Shown piece by piece: positions 7,294-15,488 of a stretch of 15,548 nt of DNA. How positions within the stretch are numbered: the stretch's first letter is position 1; the number at the start of each line of letters is the position of its first letter. The stretch lies in the NCBI GenBank assembly GCA_049976305.1, contig JBMFIM010000017.1, forward strand, positions 1 through 15,548. The letters run 5' to 3'. The notes below the pieces were generated by a model. It did not search any database and was not told where the DNA came from. It saw only the letters and a program-made list of their open reading frames with translations. The DNA comes from Candidatus Micrarchaeia archaeon (GTDB taxonomy: Archaea; Micrarchaeota; Micrarchaeia; Micrarchaeales; CABMGC01). The position numbers and the translations under genes are program-made.

Positions 7294-9486
7294 TCAGTCT
7301 AGGAAGTCCTCAGGTTTCGGTGGCTCTTCAGGTATTCCTTTCCTCTTCCTTATTTCCCTTACTACCTTATCTTGCAGTTCAGCAGGGAGCTTTTCATAGC
7401 CAGCGTATTCCATGTACCATATAGCCCTTCCGCTCGTTATGCTCCTAAGCTCGTTTGAGAAACCTTTTATTACTTCTGCAACAGGCATCTTTGCCTTTAT
7501 TGTTACTTCTTCGCCTTCCTGGTCTATGCTTTCTATGTGGCCCCTTCTTCCTTGAAGCATGTTTATGACATCGTTAAGGTACTCAGATGGTATGCTTATG
7601 GTGAATATCTGCTTAGGCTCAAGCAAGATATCGTGTGCTAAAAGCATGCCTGCATTTATAGGCCTTCTTATTGCAGGGATTATCTGTGCAGGACCTCTGT
7701 GTACAGGGTCTTCATGTATTGTTGCATCGGTTATGAGGACCTTTATGCCTGTGCATTTTTCCCTAGCTAGAGGCCCGTCATCCATAGCTTCTTCAAATCC
7801 GTCTATAAGCAGCTCCATTACCTCATTCATGTACTGAACGCCGTGCGTAGCATCTACAAGTATGCTGGAGTTCTTTATGTCGACGCAGTTTTTAGCCTGT
7901 TCCCTTGGCAAGCCTGCATTTACAAGCTTCTCAACAGCGTCCTTTCCTTTTGGCCTGCCTTCATTTATTACTCCTTGCTCTATCGCCTCAACAACACTCT
8001 TTTCCAAAGGCTCTACGTTTATGTAAAACTTCGAGTGCCTGTTGGGCGCTTTTCCTTCTATATTCTCGACTTTGCCTTCTATGGTCTCTCTGTAAACTAC
8101 AATAGGATCGCTTGTTATTATCGGTATTTTGTACTCGTCCCTGAGCTTCGTCTCTATTATTTCTAGGTGAAGCTCTCCAAGACCTCTTATTATGTGCTCT
8201 CCAGTCTCTTGGTTTATCTCTGCTTTGAAAGTTGGGTCTTCTTTTGAAAGCTCCCTTAACGCTTCTATAAGTCTCACAGTGTCTTTGGTCTCCTTAGCCT
8301 CTATTGCCTTCGCTACTACCGGCGGTGAATAATGCCTTATCTCTTCAAAAGGCGTTATCCCTGTTTCGCTCAGCGTGTCGCCTACAGAAACGTCTTTCAA
8401 GCCGATTATAGCAACAATGTTTCCTGCAGGTATTGCTTCTACAGGCACTCTATCAGGGCCCATGTAGAGTGCAACCTGCTGAATCTTTTGCTTGCCTGAA
8501 AGGCCACTGACATAAACTTCAACGCCTTTTCTTGCAGTGCCTGAAAATACCCTGCCTATTGCTACCTCGCCTGCATGCTGGTCGTATGTTATGCTGAAAA
8601 CTGCTATGTTAAGGCTTTTTGTAGGGTCTGCATTTAGCATTGCCTGCCCTTCTTCGCTGTTGAGGTCGCCGTGCCAAATGTTTGGAAGCCTGTATGACTG
8701 GGCTTCTCTAGGGTTCGGCAAATGTTCTACTACCATGTTCAGTATAGCTTCGTCAATTGGTGCTATTTCTCTAAGCTTTTCCATATTGCCTTCAGCAGTA
8801 AGCTTGAAAATGTCTTTGAAAGTGACCTTATACTTTTCCATTATCCTGCTGGAAATAGCCCATCGCTCATAAGCTGAGCCAAAAGCAACATTGCCAGAAG
8901 CCACGTTAATCTTCCACTTCTCAGCCAGCTCTTCGCCGCCATACCTTACCATAAGCTTGTTTACATCATTTATCAAGCTAAGAAATCGTTCATATGTTTG
9001 CTCCGGAGTGAGCTTGAGCTCCGTCAATAACCTGTCCACCTTATTTACAAACAGAACAGGCTTTGCCTTCTCCTTGAATGCCTGCCTAAGAACTGTTTCT
9101 GTCTGCGGCATTATGCCTTCAACAGGATCTATTACCAATATTACACCGTCTACGGCCCTCATCGACCTAGTTACATGGCCGCTGAAGTCCACGTGGCCTG
9201 GTGTGTCGATTAGGTTTATTATGTAATCCTTTCCGCCGTAGTCGAAAGCAAGGGAGATGTTTGCAGATTTGATTGTAAGCCTCCTTTCCTTTTCGATTTC
9301 GTCGTAGTTGGTGTAAAGTATTTCGCCTGCTACGGTCTTTGATATTATGCCGGCCTTTGCAAGCAGGGCGTCTGTAAGTGTTGTCTTGCCATGATGGACA
9401 TGCGCTATTATTGCTACATTTCTCACCCTTGTTATGTCTTGCATGATCTTTACTACTTCCTCAGCCACATACTCTTTTCTTACCAT
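7294..9486 (-). CDS. fusA: Translation elongation factor aEF-2
   Basis: Motifs AHVHHGKTT, INLIDTPGHVDF, NKVD, EDPTF and GELHLE, plus the archaeal diphthamide loop HEDPVHRGPAQ. 730 aa; SD GGTGGAG at 9491-9497. Confidence 0.98.
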   Translation of the reverse strand: MVRKEYVAEEVVKIMQDITRVRNVAIIAHVHHGKTTLTDALLAKAGIISKTVAGEILYTNYDEIEKERRLTIKSANISLAFDYGGKDYIINLIDTPGHVDFSGHVTRSMRAVDGVILVIDPVEGIMPQTETVLRQAFKEKAKPVLFVNKVDRLLTELKLTPEQTYERFLSLINDVNKLMVRYGGEELAEKWKINVASGNVAFGSAYERWAISSRIMEKYKVTFKDIFKLTAEGNMEKLREIAPIDEAILNMVVEHLPNPREAQSYRLPNIWHGDLNSEEGQAMLNADPTKSLNIAVFSITYDQHAGEVAIGRVFSGTARKGVEVYVSGLSGKQKIQQVALYMGPDRVPVEAIPAGNIVAIIGLKDVSVGDTLSETGITPFEEIRHYSPPVVAKAIEAKETKDTVRLIEALRELSKEDPTFKAEINQETGEHIIRGLGELHLEIIETKLRDEYKIPIITSDPIVVYRETIEGKVENIEGKAPNRHSKFYINVEPLEKSVVEAIEQGVINEGRPKGKDAVEKLVNAGLPREQAKNCVDIKNSSILVDATHGVQYMNEVMELLIDGFEEAMDDGPLAREKCTGIKVLITDATIHEDPVHRGPAQIIPAIRRPINAGMLLAHDILLEPKQIFTISIPSEYLNDVINMLQGRRGHIESIDQEGEEVTIKAKMPVAEVIKGFSNELRSITSGRAIWYMEYAGYEKLPAELQDKVVREIRKRKGIPEEPPKPEDFLD

Positions 9487-9497
9487 AATTCTCCACC

Positions 9498-10217
9498 TTA
9501 TCTTGCGCTTCTTGCAATCCTTTCAATCTCTATTTTCTTCTTTATTGCATAGCTGTTCGGGTCATTGTTTGCAGCAAGAATGAGCTCTTCGCTAAGTGCT
9601 TCCTTGAGCGTCTTCCTGCTCTGGAAGGCGTTTGTCAACGCAGCAAGCGCAATATTTCTTAGGGCAACATCAAGCCTTCTCGCCGCGCTTATCCCTACCG
9701 CGACGTTATAGTTTATGCCTCCGTAGCGTATGCGCGTAGTGTCTTCGATTGGTGCAGAGTTCTGTATTGCGTCAACAAGCACCTGGACGGGATTCTTGCC
9801 TGTCTTCTTTGCAACGTCGTCAAAAGCTTCTTCCACTATTCTCATGAGCTTTAGTTTCTTGCCCTGCAGCCTGCCCTCTGTTCTTATAACTCTGCCGCCT
9901 ATCTTTTGGCCTGTGCCTCCCCTCATCATTTTGTTTATTAGCCTCTCCACTATGTTTGCCTTTGTTACGAAATGCGCCTTGTCTTTTCTCCTCCCAAAGC
10001 TATTCAAATTCTCCTTTGGTGTTAAAACTATATAGTTTGCAAGGCTAATGTCTTCAACCACAACGTCCTTTGTGCTGTATTTTCCAAACAACAGCTGTTC
10101 TTCGCTGCCTATTTCTTCTTTCTTTTGAACCTTCTTGACTCTCTTTGCTTTCTTCTCTACTTCTGCCTCTTTCTTTGCTTCTTCTTGCACCTTCTCTGTT
10201 TTCTCTGCCTCTGCCAT
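9498..10217 (-). CDS. rps7: 30S ribosomal protein uS7
   Basis: Motifs IVERLINKMM, NPVQVLVDAIQNSAP.E..TRI.YGG, RRLDVALR and EIERIARSAR. Lies between uS12 and EF-2. Confidence 0.97.
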   Translation of the reverse strand: MAEAEKTEKVQEEAKKEAEVEKKAKRVKKVQKKEEIGSEEQLLFGKYSTKDVVVEDISLANYIVLTPKENLNSFGRRKDKAHFVTKANIVERLINKMMRGGTGQKIGGRVIRTEGRLQGKKLKLMRIVEEAFDDVAKKTGKNPVQVLVDAIQNSAPIEDTTRIRYGGINYNVAVGISAARRLDVALRNIALAALTNAFQSRKTLKEALSEELILAANNDPNSYAIKKKIEIERIARSAR

Positions 10218-10221
10218 TTCA

Positions 10222-10650
10222 TTACCTCTTAGGCTTCTCCTTTCTTCCCTTTACAATTTCGTAAAGGTCTACGCCGTTGACAGCTACTACCCTATATTTT
10301 AGTCCGGGTATGCTGCCCATTTGGCCTCTCTGGGATCCTCCCATGCCTTGTATAAGCACCTCATCGTGCTCCTCAATGAACCCTATGGCGCCATCGTAAG
10401 GCACATATGCACCTACTACCTTTCCGTTCTTTGTAAGCTGCACCCTAACGCATTTTATCTGGCCACTGTGAGGTTGCTTCTGCTGAAGGCTGAACTTCTG
10501 CAAAACAAGCGCCCTTGCCATAGGCACAGTTCCCATTGGGTCATACTTCTGCTTAAGCTTGAAGAACTTTCTCTTCCACCATTTCTTGAGCATCCTTTCC
10601 CTGTGCCTCTTTTTTACAAGCTTAAGAGCAGCAAATTCTCCCTTCGCCAA
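10222..10650 (-). CDS. rps12: 30S ribosomal protein uS12 (archaeal S23 type)
   Basis: Motifs GEFAA.KL, KCVRVQL.KNGK, FIEEHDEV, IPG.KYRVV.VNGV and C-terminal KEKP. TTG start with AGGTG SD. Confidence 0.97.
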   Translation of the reverse strand: MAKGEFAALKLVKKRHRERMLKKWWKRKFFKLKQKYDPMGTVPMARALVLQKFSLQQKQPHSGQIKCVRVQLTKNGKVVGAYVPYDGAIGFIEEHDEVLIQGMGGSQRGQMGSIPGLKYRVVAVNGVDLYEIVKGRKEKPKR

Positions 10651-10658
10651 TTAAACAC

Positions 10659-10955
10659 CTAGTATTTTTCGTTAAGTATGTTTGATGTGCCAGGGTCTAT
10701 TATTGCAAGGCTGCTTACGCTGTAAGGTTTGCCGCACACCCTGCCTAGCTCCATAGCGTTGCCGTTGAAGTTTATGACCCTTATGCCTGCAAGCTTGCAG
10801 GCGTGCAGTATGTCGTCAGCCTCTTTCTTTCCTTTGTTTGCCATTACTACTGCCTTTGCCTTGTCTTCTAGTACTGCCTTTAGGGTTTCCTTAAAGCCAA
10901 AGCTCACGCTGCCTGTATCTACTGCCAGCCTCAAATCGCTGTTCAAGTCAGGCAT
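10659..10955 (-). CDS. rpl30e: 50S ribosomal protein eL30
   Basis: Motifs LRLAVDTG.V.FG.KETLK, ELGRVCGKPYSVS.LAIIDPG.SNI. Confidence 0.95.
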   Translation of the reverse strand: MPDLNSDLRLAVDTGSVSFGFKETLKAVLEDKAKAVVMANKGKKEADDILHACKLAGIRVINFNGNAMELGRVCGKPYSVSSLAIIDPGTSNILNEKY

Positions 10956-10973
10956 CAAAAAACCTGAGCAAAA

Positions 10974-11008
10974 TATTGCAATAAATTTTGTCAGAATAGG
11001 TTTATAAA
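10974..11008 (-). promoter_or_regulatory. Probable promoter of the eL30-uS12-uS7-EF-2 operon
   Basis: TTTATAAA at 11001-11008 and a second AT-rich box near 10979-10989, in the 81-nt gap upstream of rpl30e. Confidence 0.5.
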
Positions 11009-11036
11009 TCTGCTTCTGAGAAGGCGAGAAGTAAAA

Positions 11037-12056
11037 TCAAGGCGTGTGGATTATAATTTGGTTGCAGCCTGCTGTGTCTATGCCTCCTTTGAATGCAAGC
11101 GTAATATAGCCAATCCAAGGAATTTTGGCGATTATGTAGCCCAGGACCTCATTGCCGTTTGGCGGGTAATTGCCAAATTGTATGTCAAAAGCTTGGTTGT
11201 TGTCGCCTTTTGTAAGAAGGTAGTATTGGTTTCCAACCTTTATGGCAGCCACAAGCCTGTGGACTATGTTGCCAGAGAACGTATCCTGCGGGATTGTGGA
11301 ATAGACAATTATGGGCTCGGTATAGTTGTCGGTAACAGTTGTATTGGCTATTTTGACAGAGTTTGTATAAACAATTTGGTATCTTGTATTGTTTATGAGA
11401 ACGTTGCCTATCGTGTAGGAGTATTTTATGAGGTTTCTTTGCTGGCTTGCGTTTTCAACAAAGCATCTTGCAAAGTTGTAGTGCTCATTTTCATAGGCAT
11501 AGATAGAGAGGCATTTGGTGTTGTACAGGCCTATGCCATACTTCTCTCCAGGCTCTACTATGTATGAGATATTTGATTTGTTGTTGCCAAAGTAGGCGTA
11601 GAATGCAAGGAATTCGTTGCTTATGTTGGCGAGCATGGAGTAATAGGCTTGCGGGCTTACGTTGACTATTGGTATGTGGTTGCTTATCAGGAAAGAGGTC
11701 ATGTTTGATATGTGCTTAAGCACTACAACGTCTCCTATTCTAAGTGTAGGGAGCATGCTGCAGCTGGGCACAACGTCAAGGGGCGAGGATGTGCCGAGGA
11801 GCAAAATTGCTACAATCCAAACTGCAAAAATCACTCCCAGGGTTTCAAGCACCTCGACAGCGGTAGCCCTCAAGCCCAGTACCTTTATATCCCGCTTAGT
11901 CTCAACTATAAGCAATGCTGCAAACACCACAACAAAGGCTATGCTGAATATGTAGTTTTTGGTGAACGCATAGGCTATTATCAGCAGTAAGAGAAGAACG
12001 TATAGTGCCTTCTCATCATTTTGCATCTTTCTTTGTTTTCTTCCCTTCTGCCTCAT
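11037..12056 (-). CDS. Signal peptidase I (S26B/Sec11-type) with large insertion
   Basis: N-terminal TM helices, PLDVVPSCSMLPTLRIGD (catalytic Ser box), IVHR, TKGDNN..D and G......IPWIGY. Start is either 12056 (ATGA overlap with the smc stop) or 12026. Confidence 0.88.
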   Translation of the reverse strand: MRQKGRKQRKMQNDEKALYVLLLLLIIAYAFTKNYIFSIAFVVVFAALLIVETKRDIKVLGLRATAVEVLETLGVIFAVWIVAILLLGTSSPLDVVPSCSMLPTLRIGDVVVLKHISNMTSFLISNHIPIVNVSPQAYYSMLANISNEFLAFYAYFGNNKSNISYIVEPGEKYGIGLYNTKCLSIYAYENEHYNFARCFVENASQQRNLIKYSYTIGNVLINNTRYQIVYTNSVKIANTTVTDNYTEPIIVYSTIPQDTFSGNIVHRLVAAIKVGNQYYLLTKGDNNQAFDIQFGNYPPNGNEVLGYIIAKIPWIGYITLAFKGGIDTAGCNQIIIHTP

Positions 12057-15000
12057 GCTCCTGCCTTAGGCTTTACGGCGCTTACCTCAATGCCTACTAC
12101 CTGAGACGCGCCATTGTTCCTAACAACCCCTATGGCAACATCAGCGCCCAGAACTGTTGCGTCGTTGTGGCTTACAACTATGAACTGCGCATTTTTAGAA
12201 AGCTCCTTTATGAGTTGTGAAAGCTTCTTCGAATTCTCCTTATCAAGCGCAGCGTCTATCTCGTCAAACACGTATATGCTCGAAGGCCTGTAGGCGTGTA
12301 TTGCAAAAAGGAGCGTAAGTGAAAGAAGGGCTTTTTCTCCTCCTGAGAGGGCGCTGACCCTGTTTGCAACACTTATGTTTAGCCCGCCCTCGAAAGGATT
12401 GTTGGGGTTTTCAAGTACAAGCTTCGCCTTCCAAGGGAATATATAGCCAAGCATGTTCTCGAAATTCTTGCTTATCTCATTGAACGCGCTCATGAAAGCA
12501 TCAAGCTTCTTCTTGTCTATCTCCTCTATCATGCTTATTACTGCCTGCCTTTCAGTAGCAAGGGTATCTAGCTTTGCCTGCGCCTCGTCGACCTCTTTTT
12601 TCTTAGCCTCGTAAACCTCAGGCGCCTTCATGTTTACGTTGCCCAGTGCAGAGATCTTGCCGTTTACTAAGCTTGCTTCTTTTTCCATCTCCTCTATGCT
12701 CATGCCCTTTACGGGCTCCATTGCCTCGTAAGCGCCCAGCTCAGCCTTCAAGTCGCTAAGCCTTACTTCAAGCTGGCTCTTCTTTACCTTTGCCTCTTCC
12801 ATTTTCTCCTCTACCTGCTTGGCTTCTGAGCCCAGCATGCCTGTTTGCTTGCTGATCTCAACGGCACTTGCCTCTATGGCGTTTATTTGTTCATAGAGTC
12901 CTTTCGCCTTCTCGCTTGCGCTCTTCGTCTTTTCCTCAACCTCAGCCTTCTGCTTTGCCAATTCCTCTTTGAGCTTAGCCTGCTTTTCGGCCTCTTGCCT
13001 GAGCTTTCCAAGCTCTTCGTCAAGCTTCGCGCTTTGCGAGTTATAGTCTGCAAGGGCCTTTTCAAGCATCTCCATTTCCTTCCTAAGCTCTGCAAGCCTT
13101 ATCTTCTTCTCCTCTATTTCCTTAGCCTCCTTGCTAGCTTGCGATGCGTAGCCAGAGTTAAGCTCCTTTGTTTTGTCATCTAGCTCCTTTCCTAACAGCT
13201 CGCTTTTTGTTACAAGCTCTTCTTTTTTCTTCTCCAGCTCCGCAATCTTGCCCTTCTCTTCTTCGAGCTGCCTAACTAGCAGCGCAAACTTGTCCTCTAG
13301 CTCCTTTTTCCTTTTTTCCAGCTTTTCCAAGCTCTCTTTAGCTTCTTGCATGCGAGCCTCTGCTGAAGCAAGCTCCTTCCTGGCTTTGAATGCAAGCTCA
13401 TCTTTCTCTTTTAGTGCAGCAGAATACTCCTTGCTCTGCCTTTCAGCATTTTCTATTTCCCTGCCGAGCACAGCGGGGCTAAGGCTCGGCTTAGCTCCAC
13501 CACTTACAAGCCCGCTGCTTTCTACAATGTCTCCATCAATGGTAACGTATCTTGCCTTTCCTACGCCCTTTGCCTTTGCTTCTTCTATGCTACCTACTAG
13601 GAACGTGCCGCCGAACACAAACTCTATCGCCTTTGCAAACTTGCTGTCATACTGTATTACGCTTGTAAGAGGCTTTGCATCAACTTTCGCCTGCCTCTCG
13701 ACGTTTATGTCACGCAGAGGTATAAATGTAGCTCTGCCTATGCTATTGCTTTTCAAATAGTCTATGATCTTTTCTGCAACATCTATCGACTCTACAACAA
13801 GATAGTTGAGCCTGTTTCCAGCAGCAGCTTCAACAGCCACAGCGTATTCTGGGCTATAGGTGCAGATGTCAGAAAGTACGCCGTAGAAGCCATCTTCTTC
13901 TCCAAACAACTTTCTTATTTTTTCAGCTATTCCTTTGTCTTTTGGCGCAGCCAAAGCTCTTTTTTCCTTGAGCTCAAGGAGCCTGGTATTCGCAGCATCA
14001 AGCCTTTTGCTTATTTCTGCAATTTCATTGTTGAGCAAGTCTAGCTTTTTGCTTGCTTCTTCCATCGCCTTTGTGCTCTCCTCCAGGCTCTGCCTTTTCT
14101 CGTTTATCTCCTTTTCAAGCTCATCGTGTTCAGTGTTTATGCCTATAAGCTGGTTGTCTAGCAGAGACTTGTTTCCTCTGTGTTTTGCAAGCTCAAGCTC
14201 TACTTTGCTAAGCTCTCCCTGAACAAGCCTCAGTGCGTCTTGGAGGTCGCTTATGTTTTCCGCTAGTGCTTCTATTCCTCCTTTTTGCTGCACATCAGCA
14301 TTGCCAAGTGTACGCTTGAGCTTTTCGGCTTCGCCCATATCCTCTTCGATCTTCTGCTTTGTCTCCTCTATGCTCTTCGCTAGTTGCTGCTTCTGCGTTT
14401 CTTTCTCGCTTATTTGTTTAGCCGTGCTGTCAATCTTTGCATCTATCTCTGCAATCTTTCCAAGAAGGCTTTGCAATAGGGCATTTGTAGCGTTGGAGGC
14501 CTTTGAGCTTTCCTCAAGTTGTTGCGTAAGCTGCTTCCTCTTAGCTTCAAGCTCATTCATCTGCTTGGTAAGCTCTGCAAGCCTTTTTCCCGTTTCTTCA
14601 CGCTTTTTTGTAAGCTCAGCTAGATCCTTTTCAAAAGACTCTATAGCAGAGCCGGTAATTGAAAGCTTGGCAAGCAGTATGCTGTAGTTCAGCTGTTTGA
14701 GCCTTTTCGAAAGCTGCTCGTATTGCTGTGCCATGTCTTTTTCCTTTTCAAGCTCTTTCAAGAACGCAAGCTTTTCCTGGAATATGCCCTGCATCTCGCT
14801 TAGCTTCATGTTTACCTTTTCAAGCTCGTTGAGGGCCTCGGCCTTTTTAAGCTCGTATTCCTTAATGCCTGCGACAGCATCGATAAGCTCCCTTCTTTCC
14901 TTGGCGTTTAGCTCTACAAACCTTCCTACTTCGCCTTGCGCCACTGTGTTTCTCTCATCAGCATAAACCCCGTGCTTGCCCAATACCTCAATTACCTCCT

Positions 15001-15337
15001 GCCTTGTCATGCGCTTGCCGTTTAGCCTGTAGATGCTTTTGCCATCCGCCCTTAGCCCCCTTACAAGCTCAATGTGTTCGTCGCCATCAAGCTCAAGCTT
15101 GACATAGGCTTTGCTTGTTGACCTTTTTTCTCCTGTAACTGTTATCAAATCCTCTAGCTTGTTGGCCCTTAGCCTGTGCAGCGAGTTTTCCCCAAGGCAA
15201 AACAGCAGTGCGTCGCATATGTTGCTTTTCCCAGAGCCATTCGGCCCAACAATTGTGTTGAAGCCTTTGCTGAGAAGCAGGTTTGCATGCTTGAAAGACT
15301 TGAAGTGGTCTAGCGTGACCGATTTTATGTAAAGCAT
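12053..15337 (-). CDS. smc: Chromosome segregation ATPase SMC
   Basis: FKSF, Walker A GPNGSGKSN, Q-loop VAQG, coiled coils, hinge (GFYG.LSD, GRATFIPL, VTIDGD...SG.VSGG), LG.VN.KA, signature LSGGEK, Walker B/D-loop FDEIDAALD, and QFIVVSH. Confidence 0.97.
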   Translation of the reverse strand: MLYIKSVTLDHFKSFKHANLLLSKGFNTIVGPNGSGKSNICDALLFCLGENSLHRLRANKLEDLITVTGEKRSTSKAYVKLELDGDEHIELVRGLRADGKSIYRLNGKRMTRQEVIEVLGKHGVYADERNTVAQGEVGRFVELNAKERRELIDAVAGIKEYELKKAEALNELEKVNMKLSEMQGIFQEKLAFLKELEKEKDMAQQYEQLSKRLKQLNYSILLAKLSITGSAIESFEKDLAELTKKREETGKRLAELTKQMNELEAKRKQLTQQLEESSKASNATNALLQSLLGKIAEIDAKIDSTAKQISEKETQKQQLAKSIEETKQKIEEDMGEAEKLKRTLGNADVQQKGGIEALAENISDLQDALRLVQGELSKVELELAKHRGNKSLLDNQLIGINTEHDELEKEINEKRQSLEESTKAMEEASKKLDLLNNEIAEISKRLDAANTRLLELKEKRALAAPKDKGIAEKIRKLFGEEDGFYGVLSDICTYSPEYAVAVEAAAGNRLNYLVVESIDVAEKIIDYLKSNSIGRATFIPLRDINVERQAKVDAKPLTSVIQYDSKFAKAIEFVFGGTFLVGSIEEAKAKGVGKARYVTIDGDIVESSGLVSGGAKPSLSPAVLGREIENAERQSKEYSAALKEKDELAFKARKELASAEARMQEAKESLEKLEKRKKELEDKFALLVRQLEEEKGKIAELEKKKEELVTKSELLGKELDDKTKELNSGYASQASKEAKEIEEKKIRLAELRKEMEMLEKALADYNSQSAKLDEELGKLRQEAEKQAKLKEELAKQKAEVEEKTKSASEKAKGLYEQINAIEASAVEISKQTGMLGSEAKQVEEKMEEAKVKKSQLEVRLSDLKAELGAYEAMEPVKGMSIEEMEKEASLVNGKISALGNVNMKAPEVYEAKKKEVDEAQAKLDTLATERQAVISMIEEIDKKKLDAFMSAFNEISKNFENMLGYIFPWKAKLVLENPNNPFEGGLNISVANRVSALSGGEKALLSLTLLFAIHAYRPSSIYVFDEIDAALDKENSKKLSQLIKELSKNAQFIVVSHNDATVLGADVAIGVVRNNGASQVVGIEVSAVKPKAGA

Positions 15338-15376
15338 CCTATCACGGTCGCCGATTTATCCTATCGTCGTTTTGGC

Positions 15377-15384
15377 TTATAAAT
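15377..15384 (-). promoter_or_regulatory. Possible TATA box of smc
   Basis: TTTATAAG on the - strand about 40 nt upstream of ATG 15337. GTGATAGG directly before the ATG is SD-like. Confidence 0.45.
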
Positions 15385-15488
15385 CTATCGTAGAATTGTA
15401 AAATTTTTGCAGCTACTACATCTAAAATTCGGAAACATGAAAACATATCTATTTAAGTTTGACTTTTGTAAATCCATCTATCGAGGCA

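Noticed and set aside
7670..7725. Possible loss of the EF-2 diphthamide site
   Set aside because: The motif HEDPVHRGPAQ is canonical.
7559..10662. Plus-strand ORFs antisense to fusA/rps7/rps12
   Set aside because: Shadow frames of conserved genes, with Ser/Phe/Leu-rich mirror composition and no motifs.
12200..15100. Frequent AAGCT/AAGCTT words
   Set aside because: They arise from Lys/Glu-Leu codon pairs (AAG/GAG CTT) in coiled coils and are irregularly spaced.
11046..15332. Plus-strand and alternate-frame ORFs within the signal peptidase and smc genes (e.g. 13173-13760)
   Set aside because: Poly-Ser/Phe content is the reverse complement of Glu/Lys codons in the coiled coils. There is no independent coding evidence.
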